Shown piece after piece: positions 30,686 through 40,825 of a stretch of 64,000 nucleotides of DNA. The stretch's first letter is position 1. Each line of letters opens with the position of its first letter. The position numbers and the translations under genes are program-made. The notes under the pieces were generated by a model. The model searched no databases and was not told the origin of the DNA. It saw only the letters and a program-made list of their open reading frames with translations. Source of the stretch: an uncultured Porticoccaceae bacterium (GTDB taxonomy: Bacteria; Pseudomonadota; Gammaproteobacteria; Pseudomonadales; GM7GCV1); assembly GCA_964623085.1 (NCBI GenBank), contig CAZUTO010000001.1, positions 43 to 64,042 of the forward strand. Reading direction: 5' to 3'.

Positions 30686-33398
30686 GTCTACAACTAAAAA
30701 AAAGGATAAACCGTTAACAAATGCTGATGTCGATCAGCTCTATCGACGCCCAGACTCGATAACCGATTGGTTGCCCTGGGTAGACTATGACGACGAATCT
30801 GGCACCTTTACGTTGGAAGATGGGTACAGCGCGGGCGTAATGTTTGAGCTGACAGGGGTTTCTACTGAGGCCCGGTCTTCTCAGTTTTTACAAGAAGTGC
30901 AGGCCAACATTCAAACCTGCATAAATCACACTATTCCCGCCCACGATAACCCCTTTGTTTTGCAGTGCTATGTGTCAGACGAAAATTCGCTGGCCGAGTT
31001 ATCAAACTCGCTTTATGAGTACGTCGGAACACGAAGCCGAGATACAGAAGAGCATAAACTTCAGACGAAACATTTCGTCGGGGGTATGCAGAGAAATTTT
31101 AAACGGATAACGTGCAAAGAAGGTCTTTTCGAGGATACGACCGTCACCGGAGGTAGCTGGCGCGGCAAAGTAAGACGAATTCGTTTGTTCCTTTACAGGC
31201 GTCGTAATGTGTCAGGCAATGATCAAACTGATCCAGTCGCTGAAATTAGTCAGGTCTCAGAAAGATTCGTAACTCAAATGCAGGCGGCTGGTATCGGCAT
31301 ACGACTTTGCTCAGATCAGGATATCTACACTTGGTTATTGCGTTGGTTTAATCCCAAAGCTGAAGTCACAGATGGCGACCTAGATCACCTGGCTGCACTA
31401 ATGAAGTTGCCGGAAAAAGAAGATCGGACATTTGGTCATGACCTCTCTGAGTTATTGTTTTTATCAACGCCATCTTCATGTGATGACAAAGGCGTTTGGT
31501 ACTTTGACGATTTACCGCATAGGGCCATATCAATTGATTCTCTGAGACGGAAACCATTACCGGGCCACTTTACGGGCGAAAGAAAGGTTGGAGACAACCT
31601 TTTTGCTATGTTCGATAGATTCCCCGAGGGCAGTATCTTGTCAGTCTGCGTCACAATCAAACCCCAGGATTTAGTAGAGAACCATGTCGTCCAAGTGCTT
31701 AACGCAGCTAAAGGAGAAACAGCAGAAGCTATTGCTGCTGAAGAGGATGCAAAAACTGCTCTTAAATGGATGTCACATGGCGATTACTTATTACCAACAG
31801 TCATGACGCTTTATACGCGCGGTGAGACACTGGCCGATCTCGAAAAGAAAACTAATGAAGCGAATGCGTTGTTATTGGCAAACGGATTGCACCCAATCCG
31901 TGAAAAGGATGACCTACTTCCCTTAGATACTTACATTCGTCAACTGCCGATGAATTATGAACCTGCGCGGGAAAAGGTTAATCGCAAAAGTCGTTTGATG
32001 TTTTCTAGTGACCTAGCGAATCTCTTGCCCTTTTATGGTCGTGGACGTGGAACAGGCCATCCGGGAATGGTTTTTTATAATCGAGGTGGAGAACCATTAG
32101 TCTTTGATCCCCTAAATAAACTGGATCGTGCTAAAAACGCATTCGGTCTAGTGCTTGGACCACCGGGTTCAGGTAAATCAGCACTGATGGTCTATATCCT
32201 GCTTCAAATTGTTGCAATTTACGGAGCACGAATTTACATCATCGAGAAAGGCGGCTCGTTCAAACTCTTCGGTGACTACTGCAGATATTTTGGGTTATCT
32301 GTAAACCAGGTGACATTGCACCCGAAGGAAGACGTTAGTCTGCCGCCATTTTCAGATTCATATGAAATGTTGGATCGCGAGTTGGCGAAACAGTCTTCCT
32401 ATGATGAAGAAGCTTCTCTGGATGCATCCGATGACAGCGATGACGATGAAGAAGAGCGAGATTTGTTGGGTGAGATGGAGCTAAAAGCCCGGATCATGAT
32501 TACTGGAGGAGACACGAAGGAGGAAGAAGTCATGACACGAGCGGATCGTTTGACGATCCGAAAAGCGATAATTTCGGCAGCGGAAACAAAGCGAGATTCT
32601 GGAAACTCAGAAATAGTGCTTACTGAGGACGTTGTAGCTGAACTCAATGCTCTTTCTCAAGATGAAAGCAGCACACCAAAGCGCCGCGAACGAGCAAAAG
32701 ATATGGCCGATTCTATGGCATTGTATTGTTCCGGCACCGCCGGGCATTTCTTTAATCGTGTTGGTAAGGCATGGCCTGAAGCAGACATTACTATTATGGA
32801 AATGGGTCTTCTTGCCAATGAGGGCTATGAGGATCAACTTGCCCTTGGTTTTATGGGACTCATGAATCAGATTAATGGGGTCGTTGAGCGCGAACAATAC
32901 GACCACCGCCCGACCTTCGTGTTGGGCGATGAGGCGCACCTGATTACAACCAATCCGCTATTAGCGATCTTCCTGGTAAAAATCGTAAAGATGTGGCGAA
33001 AGCTGGGAGCCTGGTTGTGGCTTGCGACTCAGAACCTTGAAGATTTTCCTGATGCCGCTAAAAAGCTTCTAAGTATGTTTGAGTGGTGGCTGGCGATGGT
33101 CTGCCCAAAGGAGGAAATTGAGCAGATTTCGCGTTTTAAGGACTTATCGGAAGAACAAAAAATGATGCTGAGAGCCGCTAGGAAAGAGCCAGGAAAATAT
33201 ACCGAGGGCGTCGTGTTATCAGACAATCTGCAATGCCTCTTTCGAAATGTTCCTCCTCCTCTTGCCTTAGCTCTAGCGATGACTGAAAAACATGAGAAAC
33301 AGCAGCGCGCTGATATTATGAAATCTCAGCATTGTTCTGAACTAGAGGCTGTATTTGCGGTTGCAGACTTAATCGAAAAAGCGAGCTGCAATACTTAA
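30678..33398 (+). CDS. Conjugative transfer ATPase, PFL_4706 family (VirB4/TraC-like)
   Basis: ATG 30678 with RBS ggaggg is preferred over the tracked 30564 start. Walker A is GPPGSGKS and Walker B is FVLGDEAH. There is an acidic insert, DDSDDDEEERD. Confidence 0.85.
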   Translation: MIKSTTKKKDKPLTNADVDQLYRRPDSITDWLPWVDYDDESGTFTLEDGYSAGVMFELTGVSTEARSSQFLQEVQANIQTCINHTIPAHDNPFVLQCYVSDENSLAELSNSLYEYVGTRSRDTEEHKLQTKHFVGGMQRNFKRITCKEGLFEDTTVTGGSWRGKVRRIRLFLYRRRNVSGNDQTDPVAEISQVSERFVTQMQAAGIGIRLCSDQDIYTWLLRWFNPKAEVTDGDLDHLAALMKLPEKEDRTFGHDLSELLFLSTPSSCDDKGVWYFDDLPHRAISIDSLRRKPLPGHFTGERKVGDNLFAMFDRFPEGSILSVCVTIKPQDLVENHVVQVLNAAKGETAEAIAAEEDAKTALKWMSHGDYLLPTVMTLYTRGETLADLEKKTNEANALLLANGLHPIREKDDLLPLDTYIRQLPMNYEPAREKVNRKSRLMFSSDLANLLPFYGRGRGTGHPGMVFYNRGGEPLVFDPLNKLDRAKNAFGLVLGPPGSGKSALMVYILLQIVAIYGARIYIIEKGGSFKLFGDYCRYFGLSVNQVTLHPKEDVSLPPFSDSYEMLDRELAKQSSYDEEASLDASDDSDDDEEERDLLGEMELKARIMITGGDTKEEEVMTRADRLTIRKAIISAAETKRDSGNSEIVLTEDVVAELNALSQDESSTPKRRERAKDMADSMALYCSGTAGHFFNRVGKAWPEADITIMEMGLLANEGYEDQLALGFMGLMNQINGVVEREQYDHRPTFVLGDEAHLITTNPLLAIFLVKIVKMWRKLGAWLWLATQNLEDFPDAAKKLLSMFEWWLAMVCPKEEIEQISRFKDLSEEQKMMLRAARKEPGKYTEGVVLSDNLQCLFRNVPPPLALALAMTEKHEKQQRADIMKSQHCSELEAVFAVADLIEKASCNT

Positions 33399-33410
33399 TT
33401 AGGGGTTGGG

Positions 33411-33440
33411 TAAGGGCTATAAACTAGCCCTTACTTTTTT
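33411..33440. terminator. Terminator after the T4SS ATPase gene
   Basis: The hairpin TAAGGGCTA-taaac-TAGCCCTTA is followed by cTTTTTT. It overlaps the 3' end of the convergent XRE gene. Confidence 0.65.
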
Positions 33441-33717
33441 GAGCGTGTATCCGAGAGGAATCAGGTTTCTTCGCCAGTTTGGTTTTGGTTGGAAATTCTG
33501 GGCACAAAAGTTCCCAGGTTTCTAACCCGTATGCCGCTGCCAATCTCTCAACGGTTTCAAGCCAAATATGCTTTTTATTCCCTGATTCAATCTGTTGATA
33601 GTGCTTTTGGCTAAATCCTGCGATTGTCCCGAATTCTTCCTGAGTTAAATCGTGCTGTTTACGAAGCTCTCGCAGTCGTTTACCCAGTTTTTTCATTGTT
33701 GTCATGCTAGCGATCAT
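33424..33717 (-). CDS. XRE-family HTH transcriptional regulator
   Basis: LRELRKQHDLTQEEFGTIAGFSQKHYQQIESGNKK is a classic Cro/C1-type HTH. Confidence 0.8.
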   Translation of the reverse strand: MIASMTTMKKLGKRLRELRKQHDLTQEEFGTIAGFSQKHYQQIESGNKKHIWLETVERLAAAYGLETWELLCPEFPTKTKLAKKPDSSRIHAQKSKG

Positions 33718-33753
33718 AGGGTACGATCAGCCCACTTATTACCCTACGATCAC
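33710..33753. promoter_or_regulatory. Imperfect 14-bp inverted repeat (candidate operator) in the divergent promoter region
   Basis: The arms are GCGATCATAGGGTA (33710-33723) and TACCCTACGATCAC (33740-33753). By eye, 12 of 14 positions are complementary. Confidence 0.5.
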
Positions 33754-33893
33754 TAGTAAAACGGAGATATGGATGACTAAGGTAAAAGTAAAAAAATCTT
33801 TTCTTGTCCGTGTTATGTTTCCCGGAGAAACAAAGAGCAGATCCTCGAAAAACTCAGCAGAAGGCTTTTGGGTCAGTCAGGGGGAATAGAGGC

Positions 33894-34142
33894 GTGTCTG
33901 ATGAGAATAAAAAGAAATTTGCAGATAATTATTTTGAAGATGAATTCCCACCAAATCATAATCCGGCAATTGGGCCCCAAAGCGCAGATACTTTGAGTAA
34001 TGTAAGGAATGGCTTGTGCGCCCTCGATGAACTAGCGAGGTCACCAGAGTTTTCCAACTCAAAAGAAGTAACCGAAGGCTACGGTATTTTGAGCGCCTGT
34101 CTGGTCAGCGCTTTAGAGTTTGAGATTTATAATAGAGAGTAA
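33894..34142 (+). CDS. Hypothetical small protein (82 aa from GTG 33894; start uncertain)
   Basis: The tracked ORF 33804-34142 begins at a TTG. An alternative 38-codon ORF (ATG 33773 to TAG 33889, RBS ggaga) precedes or overlaps it. No family recognised. Confidence 0.3.
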   Translation: MSDENKKKFADNYFEDEFPPNHNPAIGPQSADTLSNVRNGLCALDELARSPEFSNSKEVTEGYGILSACLVSALEFEIYNRE

Positions 34143-34254
34143 CTACTTATCATTTTCGATAGTTTATTTTTGTATTATCGATCATTTGATATTTCTAAGA
34201 ATTAAACTACCCGACTAGGCTGCAACGAAGCAGTGATGGTGTAAGAGAACGTTT

Positions 34255-34698
34255 ATGAAAACGGAAGAATTCGATCTTATATCAGGACGTAAAATCACCA
34301 TTATGGAAGTGGGCGATCCAGAAATTAGAATAAATGTCGATCATATATCGTATGTATTTGTGATACTAAATAAGGATGACCTTAAATATCGAGATGAAAT
34401 CAGTGGTGACTTAGCTCGGCTAAATAGAAGCATTCAGCCTCGTATTTGGCAGGAAGAGTTTGAGTCTCAATTAGTCACCATTTCCGCTTCTGCGGGAGAA
34501 GACGGATACCCAGAATCTGGGATGGTTTCAGCCGCCCTTGAGAAGATTGGAATAGGGCAAGATCAGACGATAGTCATCAATAATGCTGAGCTAAAGAGAG
34601 ACGACAAGTTCTTTAAGTTCTTTCTTGGATTCTCCTACACTGACAGCGATCCTAAGTTTCTCGTTCCCTACCGGAATGCGTTTGTTCCAATTAATTGA
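34255..34698 (+). CDS. Hypothetical protein (147 aa), orphan
   Basis: It is preceded by an AT-rich 110-nt spacer. No motifs recognised. Confidence 0.5.
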   Translation: MKTEEFDLISGRKITIMEVGDPEIRINVDHISYVFVILNKDDLKYRDEISGDLARLNRSIQPRIWQEEFESQLVTISASAGEDGYPESGMVSAALEKIGIGQDQTIVINNAELKRDDKFFKFFLGFSYTDSDPKFLVPYRNAFVPIN

Positions 34699-34802
34699 AG
34701 TGTTTTAGCGTCCACATAATAACCAATCAAGCTTCTTTAGGCTCTGAAGGCTTTTCCATTTAACCATCGCAGCGGTTGTTTGAAGATTAGATCGAAATCT
34801 AA

Positions 34803-35285
34803 TTGGAGAACGTCGTGGTTTCTACCTATAAGTCAGCAGTTGGACTCTGCATTTTAATTCCGTGGTCTTTGGCTGCGGCTGAACCGTTTCAACCTATAAC
34901 AACTATCACTGCTATAAGTGCAGATAGTCGCCCATTTCAGGGTGTTGATTACCTAGACAAACTTGACGTTAGCTACAGCATTCTGAACCTGGATGCGGTA
35001 AGTCAAGTTGAGCGCCAACTCAGCAACAACTTACCAGCCGATGAAGCCCAAGCGAAAGCGATTCTGGATGATCGAATAGCCCGAATCGGTAAATCGCAGT
35101 TAGAAGAGGACATTCGAGCTGCCTATCTCCCCCTTGCTTCCATGATGACATACGGATTTGACCGTTATCCGGTCATTCTCTTTGACCAACAGGCTGTGGT
35201 CTACGGCGTTACCGACATTCCCCAGGCTTATGATCAATACATGGACTGGTTGTCAGTGTCGCAAGGAGGTGAAGGTAATGAATAA
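34803..35285 (+). CDS. ICE protein, TIGR03757-like
   Basis: A signal peptide is present, together with DRYPVILFDQQAVVYGVTDIPQAYDQY. The start (TTG 34803 or GTG 34815) is uncertain. Confidence 0.55.
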   Translation: MENVVVSTYKSAVGLCILIPWSLAAAEPFQPITTITAISADSRPFQGVDYLDKLDVSYSILNLDAVSQVERQLSNNLPADEAQAKAILDDRIARIGKSQLEEDIRAAYLPLASMMTYGFDRYPVILFDQQAVVYGVTDIPQAYDQYMDWLSVSQGGEGNE

Positions 35286-36291
35286 GTTCATTTCCGTCAT
35301 AGCGGTAAGTTTGTTATTTAGTTCGTTTCAAGTCAGAGCTGTAGATCTGGAATCTACCAGCATCACGACAGTCGATATTATCGGCTCGATGACATTGGAT
35401 AGTTCCTGTCTGAACTATTGTTTTACAGGAGTATGCGTTTGGTTGGATTGTGGTTGGACTGGATGCTCGGTCAAAACCAGTGTTCGTGTATCTCACTATA
35501 ATCCTGATCTCGTCGTCAGTGTGTATGACGAGCCAGGTGAAAATCCTTGGAGTGAGATTGAATCCATTTTTGGATCATTTGAAGAAAGCATGACCGATGC
35601 TCTGGTGGGTACTTTTCATGACTCTTTTGCTGGTGGAGGGCATCGAACAGAAGGGGGTAATACGGCGAGCGATCACAGCCTAAGATTTAAGGAAGTCGCA
35701 GCAATCGGACATCCTTTTTCTTCAATTGCAGGCTTTATCGCTAGCACTGGCCTCTATTGCCCATCGGAAGCGGATTCATTTAGCCCATACCTGCTTTCTT
35801 CCGCAGACGCTTTAACTTGGCGATATGGACTGCCGGAAATGTTGTATTTGAGTAACTTACTTCCCGGTCGTCGTGTAGTCGGCAGCGGTTTCCATCAGCA
35901 GTGGGGTGCTGTGTGGCCTCGCACAGGATTTATCAATCAGAAAGACGATGCAAAGGCCGCTGCTGTCATTGCACAGCGAGCGGGCAATATTGTTACGCAA
36001 CCCAATCAACCTCACGTCTACAGCGCCTTAGATGGTAATGGCTATAACCGAACTTGGTTACCAGGAGAGCTGAGAGAGAACGATCCGGAAACGGGTGTCT
36101 GGCGTATGTTAGCGCCACAAACAGACGGTCAATGTTATGCCTTCGGCGAAAACGATGTGTATACGCAATCTTGGTCAGATGGTCGTGTGTCAGAAGACAA
36201 TCGATATGCTTTTGAGCTCTGGCGGCCATATGAATGCTGCCAAGATCGAGGTTCCTGGTTGTTTGATGTCTCATGGAGTATCTGCATATGA
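35278..36291 (+). CDS. ICE protein, TIGR03756-like
   Basis: ATG 35278 opens the signal peptide MNKFISVIAVSLLFSS. The Cys-rich CLNYCFTGVCVWLDCGWTGCSVKTSVRVSHYNPDLVVSVY follows. Confidence 0.6.
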   Translation: MNKFISVIAVSLLFSSFQVRAVDLESTSITTVDIIGSMTLDSSCLNYCFTGVCVWLDCGWTGCSVKTSVRVSHYNPDLVVSVYDEPGENPWSEIESIFGSFEESMTDALVGTFHDSFAGGGHRTEGGNTASDHSLRFKEVAAIGHPFSSIAGFIASTGLYCPSEADSFSPYLLSSADALTWRYGLPEMLYLSNLLPGRRVVGSGFHQQWGAVWPRTGFINQKDDAKAAAVIAQRAGNIVTQPNQPHVYSALDGNGYNRTWLPGELRENDPETGVWRMLAPQTDGQCYAFGENDVYTQSWSDGRVSEDNRYAFELWRPYECCQDRGSWLFDVSWSICI

Positions 36292-37616
36292 ACAGCCGAA
36301 CCAAGCTAATTCTTCTAGCTATGGGTATTGCCGTTAGTGCGACTACAGTGGCTCAAGATGCGCCAACTGACGACAGCCTTTTCTACTACCAGATAGGCGG
36401 AGGGCGAGACATCGCTATTCCGCCCTCTCTAAATGTTACAACTATCGGCTTATCTTTTAATGCCCAGGCATCGGCGCTTAGCTGCAATGGGTTCGATCCT
36501 ATGGTGGCAATAGAAAGCTCCTTAGACAACTTGAAGGACGGAGTCGATGACGCGATTAACGCGCTAGAGTTAGCTGCATCTGCGGCCATCGCAAATTTGC
36601 CTGGATACATTCTGCAAAAGGCAAACCCCGGCCTTTATGACCTATTCCAAAACGCTTTATTGCGAGCCAATGAATCTTTTGCACTGGCGACGAAAAGCTG
36701 TGAACGGATGCAATATGAAATTTCAAACAACATCAATCCATATGATGAGTGGGTAACAGTTAGCTGGGGCGATTCTTGGAAACGCTCTGTCGGTATTGGC
36801 GGGGCAAATATCCATGACGCTGTGGAGGATGCGGAAGACGCACCAAATGATGGTATTGAGTGGGTTGGTGGAATACGCAGAGGAGGTGCAGGACAAGAAC
36901 CCATTAGGGTATTGTCAGATGTGGCTACGGCGGGCCTAAATATTCTTTCTCAACGCCCCCCTGAAACATCTGCTGATCTACCGGCAACTGCTTCTCTTGC
37001 AGAGCATTTTTCTGGGCCCAACGCTTTGGACGATTGGATAAACAATGTATTGGGAGAGGTAGAGATTGGGCTTTGCGATGCATGCGCAAAAGGCTCGCGC
37101 GCCGGAAAAGGCTTAATTCCGTATATCGAAGATACTACCGAAGACATTGTCTCGGATTTAACGAATCTAGTAATCGGCGTCACGTCTCCAACTCGCGCCA
37201 ATTTAGAGAATATAGGAGCGCCTGGAGTCGTTGTAACTTTGCAGGTGATTTCTGCGATTCAAAACCAGCCCTCCGATGAGATTTCTATCGTAATAAACAA
37301 GTTGGCCCAGGAAATTGCCGAAGCGCGAGTTATGGAAGAATCAATGATTGTCCGCCGGTTGCTCATTGCTGGCAGAAGAGAAGGCTATGTTTCCGCAAAT
37401 CGCATCGCACAGCGCGAAGTCGAACTTGCGCTAGAAGAGTTAGACGGTGAAATCGACAACGTGATATTCGAGAAAGATGCTAGAAACCGCTTTGTAACCT
37501 CTACCGTAATTGAATTGTTGCTAAGGGATAATGCGACTCGTCAATCTTCTGTAAACACTCCCGCTTCCTCACCGATCGATCCAAGACCGCTTGATGGTGG
37601 TGGAGTCCCACAATGA
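36288..37616 (+). CDS. ICE protein, TIGR03755-like
   Basis: ATG 36288 overlaps the upstream TGA. A signal peptide is followed by FYYQIGGGRD. Confidence 0.55.
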   Translation: MNSRTKLILLAMGIAVSATTVAQDAPTDDSLFYYQIGGGRDIAIPPSLNVTTIGLSFNAQASALSCNGFDPMVAIESSLDNLKDGVDDAINALELAASAAIANLPGYILQKANPGLYDLFQNALLRANESFALATKSCERMQYEISNNINPYDEWVTVSWGDSWKRSVGIGGANIHDAVEDAEDAPNDGIEWVGGIRRGGAGQEPIRVLSDVATAGLNILSQRPPETSADLPATASLAEHFSGPNALDDWINNVLGEVEIGLCDACAKGSRAGKGLIPYIEDTTEDIVSDLTNLVIGVTSPTRANLENIGAPGVVVTLQVISAIQNQPSDEISIVINKLAQEIAEARVMEESMIVRRLLIAGRREGYVSANRIAQREVELALEELDGEIDNVIFEKDARNRFVTSTVIELLLRDNATRQSSVNTPASSPIDPRPLDGGGVPQ

Positions 37617-37957
37617 TATTAAAACAATTCAAGCGGCATGCCTTTTTCGGTGCTTTTACACTGATTGGATTTGTCGTCCTATTCATAGTCGGACTGTTTG
37701 TTAGCTTTTCAGTAGAAGAGTTTTCTAGGACACAGTCAGAGTATTTAAAAGACGCCAATACTTTTATCTGGTGGAGAGCAACGGCATACACGCTTCTAAT
37801 AGTGTTCTGGCCCAGATTGATCAGACGAGCTGCATATATGCTGGGCGTAACAAGGAAGGCATCTGAATCTCGCAAAGCTCTGATATTTTTAATTCTCTTT
37901 TATGAAGTTTTGATTGTTCAGAACCCTCTTTCAGTCGTTCTAGACAAGGTGTTGTAG
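37613..37957 (+). CDS. Small ICE membrane protein
   Basis: ATGA start/stop overlap, with about 3 TM helices. Confidence 0.5.
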   Translation: MILKQFKRHAFFGAFTLIGFVVLFIVGLFVSFSVEEFSRTQSEYLKDANTFIWWRATAYTLLIVFWPRLIRRAAYMLGVTRKASESRKALIFLILFYEVLIVQNPLSVVLDKVL

Positions 37958-37960
37958 ACA

Positions 37961-39517
37961 ATGGCCGTTGATAGCACCTTAGAACTCTATACCACCTTAT
38001 TCGGGTGGTTTTTCTACAACAGCATTTGGGATGTATTAGTAGCGACTGGCATGGTGTTTTTGCCGCTACTAGGCATTTTGCTGGATACAATCATTCGATC
38101 CTATGCGGGTGAAGAATCTGAAGAGGCCAGCAATACCACATTAAGGATTTTGGAGGTTGAATACTTCTTCGCTTTCTTTGTGATTATGATCGCAGCACTA
38201 CCCGCAATGCCGTTGAACGCGGTAGACCTTTCCTTTACTCCGGCAGCAGTGCTTGGAGGCCCCGCACAACCCGTCGCAACAGTTGGAAACTCGCGGACGA
38301 CATATGGTGGCGGCATTTCATTCACCGGAGCGCCTGTGTCGGTCGATGTGCCAGTATTCTGGTTTATGGTCATGAGTTTCAGCTCGGGTTTCAATCGTGC
38401 TGTGATGGAAGATGTACCGCCAGAGATCGATTATCGCGGGTATGTTGATGACTTGAGAGATGCCACGATCAAAGACCCTGAGCTGCGCCATGAAATCAAT
38501 GATTTTTTTCGCGATTGTTTTGTTGAAGCGCGTTCAAAGTATTTGGCTGATCGTCCGAGTAGTGCCGCAATCGACACACTTATGGATACCTACGGCGATA
38601 CCGATCCCGATTGGATCGGCTCTCATATCTATCAAGAAATACCTGGGTACTATGATTCGATTCGCGCAGATACCGTTCGACAAGGGTATCCCTGGTCAGC
38701 ACTGCGAGATATTGAATGGGAAGCAGGGAACAATCCTGTTTGGGGCAAGCCTTATTGCACTGAATGGTGGCAAGGTATTGAACAAGACATACTGCTGGAG
38801 TTAATCGATCTCGATTTACTTTCATCAGTTGCAGAACCGGGCTGGGCACCGGGGCCACGTCGAGACGCAATCATTCAATTGGCACTGGTCAACTCTCCGC
38901 CTAGATGGACGACTAGGGGCTACGACTTTGCCTATGGCAACCTAGTGGATTTTAGTACCGGAGATCCAGGCATCATGGTTGCGGTTCAAAATCGCGGCCA
39001 GCAAGGTTTAGCAACTTACGGGTTGGGGAAAGCTGCAGTTTCATTTGCCGCTTACCTGCGAGTATTTTTAGAAAGCGCTCCGATGATACAAGCCCTTATT
39101 CTAATGGGGCTTTACACGTTACTACCTTTTTTTATTCTGATCAGTCGTTACAAATTTTCCCTATTGATTCTTGGCGCTATGGTCTTTTTTTCCGTCAAGT
39201 TTTGGACTGTCCTTTGGTTCTTCGCTTGGTGGGTAGATCAAAACCTAATACAGGCTTTTTATCCTGACCCCGGAAGTGTGACGACGCTGTTTAGCATTGA
39301 TCTCACACTCAAGAGGATCATCCTAAACTTCTTAACTGGCAGTCTGTATTTCGTTCTGCCTCTGTTGTTGTCTACCTATCTTGGTCTAGCAGGTATAAGG
39401 GCGGCAGCTCAACTTGACGGCGCTACGCAAGTCATTTTTAGAGGAGCAGGTGGAGCAGGGAGGATTAATCCGAAACTGGGTGGAAAAATAAACCCCAAAA
39501 GCGTGGCGAAAAAATGA
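37961..39517 (+). CDS. Conjugal transfer protein with TraG N-terminal domain (F-type TraG-like)
   Basis: 518 aa, polytopic. It is the last gene of the conserved block, the position held by TraG_N proteins in this ICE class. Confidence 0.6.
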   Translation: MAVDSTLELYTTLFGWFFYNSIWDVLVATGMVFLPLLGILLDTIIRSYAGEESEEASNTTLRILEVEYFFAFFVIMIAALPAMPLNAVDLSFTPAAVLGGPAQPVATVGNSRTTYGGGISFTGAPVSVDVPVFWFMVMSFSSGFNRAVMEDVPPEIDYRGYVDDLRDATIKDPELRHEINDFFRDCFVEARSKYLADRPSSAAIDTLMDTYGDTDPDWIGSHIYQEIPGYYDSIRADTVRQGYPWSALRDIEWEAGNNPVWGKPYCTEWWQGIEQDILLELIDLDLLSSVAEPGWAPGPRRDAIIQLALVNSPPRWTTRGYDFAYGNLVDFSTGDPGIMVAVQNRGQQGLATYGLGKAAVSFAAYLRVFLESAPMIQALILMGLYTLLPFFILISRYKFSLLILGAMVFFSVKFWTVLWFFAWWVDQNLIQAFYPDPGSVTTLFSIDLTLKRIILNFLTGSLYFVLPLLLSTYLGLAGIRAAAQLDGATQVIFRGAGGAGRINPKLGGKINPKSVAKK

Positions 39518-39550
39518 ACCGAATTGATCCACGACGAAATTTTTACAGTT

Positions 39551-39570
39551 GCTATTGCTGTCTCAATAGC
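39551..39570. repeat. ICE hairpin motif, copy 4 (GCTATTG-ctgtct-CAATAGC)
   Basis: The context is aATTTTTACaGTtGCTATTGCtGTCTCAATAGCAcc. It lies about 155 nt upstream of the CDS at 39727. Confidence 0.8.
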
Positions 39571-39726
39571 ACCTTCATACCTGGATCAACGGCTTTGCTG
39601 TGGTATGCAGTGATTTCAACCGAAATACTGACTGATCTTAGTTCACTCACCCAACAGGGGCGCATCTTTCCCCTTTGGGTTAGCCGCTCCTTTAACTATT
39701 CAACTCATTGAAACAGGAGCAACGCT

Positions 39727-40188
39727 ATGAGTAACTTAAATGAAAACACTAATTCTGCATCAGCAGAAACTCGATACTTTAACCAATATGCCAACGGTTT
39801 CGGATACTTAAACGGAATCCGGGACATTAGCAAGGAAGGCGAGCCAGAGCGTTATGCGGCTCAAATTTCGGTATTACAAGGCTCTGCCGATGATGTGCAT
39901 TATGAATATCATGATCTCATCGTTTCATCTGAAATTGTGCTCGGTGTCTTATTGGAGCATAGGGAAGCCATAGAAACTGAAGACGCAAAAGTGCTGATTC
40001 ATTTCAATATGGCTAACCCGCGTGCGAACCCGTTTATTTATAAACAGGGCAAGCGTACAGGTGAATTAGGAGCTTCTATCGGAGGTTTTCTGACTCGAAT
40101 TCGTACGATGAAAATCAATGGTGAACTGGTCCACGAAGATCAACGAACCTTTGATGATCAGAGCGAAGACAGTCAATCAGCTCAATAA
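39727..40188 (+). CDS. DUF3577 / STY4534-family ICE protein
   Basis: RYFNQYANGFGYLNGIRD...AQISVLQGSADDVHYEYHDL matches my recollection of this family. RBS is aggag. Confidence 0.55.
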   Translation: MSNLNENTNSASAETRYFNQYANGFGYLNGIRDISKEGEPERYAAQISVLQGSADDVHYEYHDLIVSSEIVLGVLLEHREAIETEDAKVLIHFNMANPRANPFIYKQGKRTGELGASIGGFLTRIRTMKINGELVHEDQRTFDDQSEDSQSAQ

Positions 40189-40288
40189 AGTTAATACATT
40201 AACTTATTGTTTTAACAAACCACCCTTATGGGAACTACCGTTCCCATAAGGTGCTGGTGTGTTCTCATATTTTTTATGGGAATTCACA

Positions 40289-40777
40289 ATGAATACACTA
40301 GTTTTGAATGCGCAATGCTCTACAGATGCAACGCTCGAAAATGAAGATCGACTAATCAGTGAAGCGAAAGACGTGCTTTATGCCAGGTTAAGGAAACCTG
40401 GACAATGTCTCGAATCATCAGATTCGGTGCGTGATTTTCTGATTTTAGAATTGGCAGAACTGGAAAGGGAGGTATTCGGTTGTTTGTTTCTCGATAGTAG
40501 AAACCGGCTAATAGAATACCGTGAGTTGTTTATGGGGACTGTGGATAGCTGTAGTGTGTATCCCCGCGAAGTTTTAAAAGCGGCGCTACAAACAAATGCC
40601 TCAGCTATCGTCCTAGCTCATAACCACCCATCGGGCTATGCTGAAGCGAGTCAGGCTGATATTAAAGTCACTAAAGACTTGAAGAGTATTTTGGTAGAAC
40701 TTGATATTCGAGTTCTAGACCACTTTATCGTAGCTGGGAAAAATACTCTGTCGTTTGCTGAACGTGGACTCATTTAG
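40289..40777 (+). CDS. radC: RadC-like JAB-domain protein
   Basis: The JAMM motif AIVLAHNHPSG is present, together with DHFIV. ATG 40289 is preferred over GTG 40259. Confidence 0.85.
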   Translation: MNTLVLNAQCSTDATLENEDRLISEAKDVLYARLRKPGQCLESSDSVRDFLILELAELEREVFGCLFLDSRNRLIEYRELFMGTVDSCSVYPREVLKAALQTNASAIVLAHNHPSGYAEASQADIKVTKDLKSILVELDIRVLDHFIVAGKNTLSFAERGLI

Positions 40778-40791
40778 TCAATCGCCATTAG

Positions 40792-40825
40792 CACCCATAG
40801 AATTAATTCTATGGGTGTTTTTTTA
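40792..40825 (+). terminator. Rho-independent terminator after radC
   Basis: The 13-bp palindrome CACCCATAGAATT/AATTCTATGGGTG is followed by TTTTTTT. Confidence 0.7.

Noticed and set aside
39514-39711. 65-aa ORF between TraG_N and the DUF3577 gene
   Set aside because: It is Cys/Ser/Leu-rich with an implausible sequence and no RBS. It exactly covers hairpin-motif copy 4 and the downstream structured leader, so it is better explained as a regulatory region.
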